Of a stretch of 64,000 nt of DNA, positions 63,781-64,000 are shown piece after piece. The number at the start of each line of letters is the position of its first letter. Positions within the stretch are counted from its first letter, which is position 1. Location: assembly GCA_030390025.1 (NCBI GenBank), contig CM059432.1:1488001-1552000 (forward strand), in the 5' to 3' direction. The DNA comes from Squalus acanthias. Its lineage: Eukaryota. A program made the translations under genes and the position numbers. The notes below the pieces were generated by a model, which did not search any database, was not told the origin of the DNA, and worked only from the letters and a program-made list of their open reading frames with translations.

Positions 63781-64000
63781 GCAACATTTCAGGTGGATAC
63801 CCGTCATCAGCACTGGCGAATCAGAGTCCATCCAAAACACTTTGTCTTTTCTCTTCAGAGGCCTGTTGGGCAGGTCCAACATTTTACCGTTTTTATTTCA
63901 AATGCCGAGTCTCTCGGCGAGGTGCCGGTGCAGCGAAGCTTGTGGAGGAGCAGGGTAACTCGGACAGCAACTTCCGGACTTCCGCCTTTAACCGCGCATG

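Noticed and set aside
63900..64000. OSBPL1A promoter or non-coding first exon
   Set aside because: CpG-rich with CTTCCGG and GCGCATG motifs, but truncated by the window edge and similar to motifs in local MITEs; cannot be assigned.

Overview
Eukaryotic, repeat-dense vertebrate DNA. The repeat repertoire (CR1/HER1-type LINEs, V-domain HE1-like SINE, Deu-domain SacSINE1-like SINE, L2, RTE) points to a cartilaginous fish (inference). The only host gene I can support is OSBPL1A (ORP1L, oxysterol-binding protein-related protein 1, long ankyrin-repeat isoform) on the minus strand. Its first eight coding exons (58660 down to 32577) have canonical AG/GT boundaries and join in frame, covering the ankyrin repeats and the start of the PH domain. 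I could not find the next exon in 1-32576. Almost everything else is intronic transposon sequence: many CR1 fragments, one CR1 copy with an intact 978-aa ORF2, L2 and RTE fragments, SINEs (three with internal 33-bp tandem arrays), and DNA-transposon MITEs. The most unusual signal is three short fold-back insertions, each with a 13-bp target-site duplication, carrying a Penelope-type minimal hammerhead ribozyme motif. There is a 200-N assembly gap at 30512-30711. No prokaryotic features and no CRISPR. TE boundaries are approximate unless a TSD or TIR is quoted.
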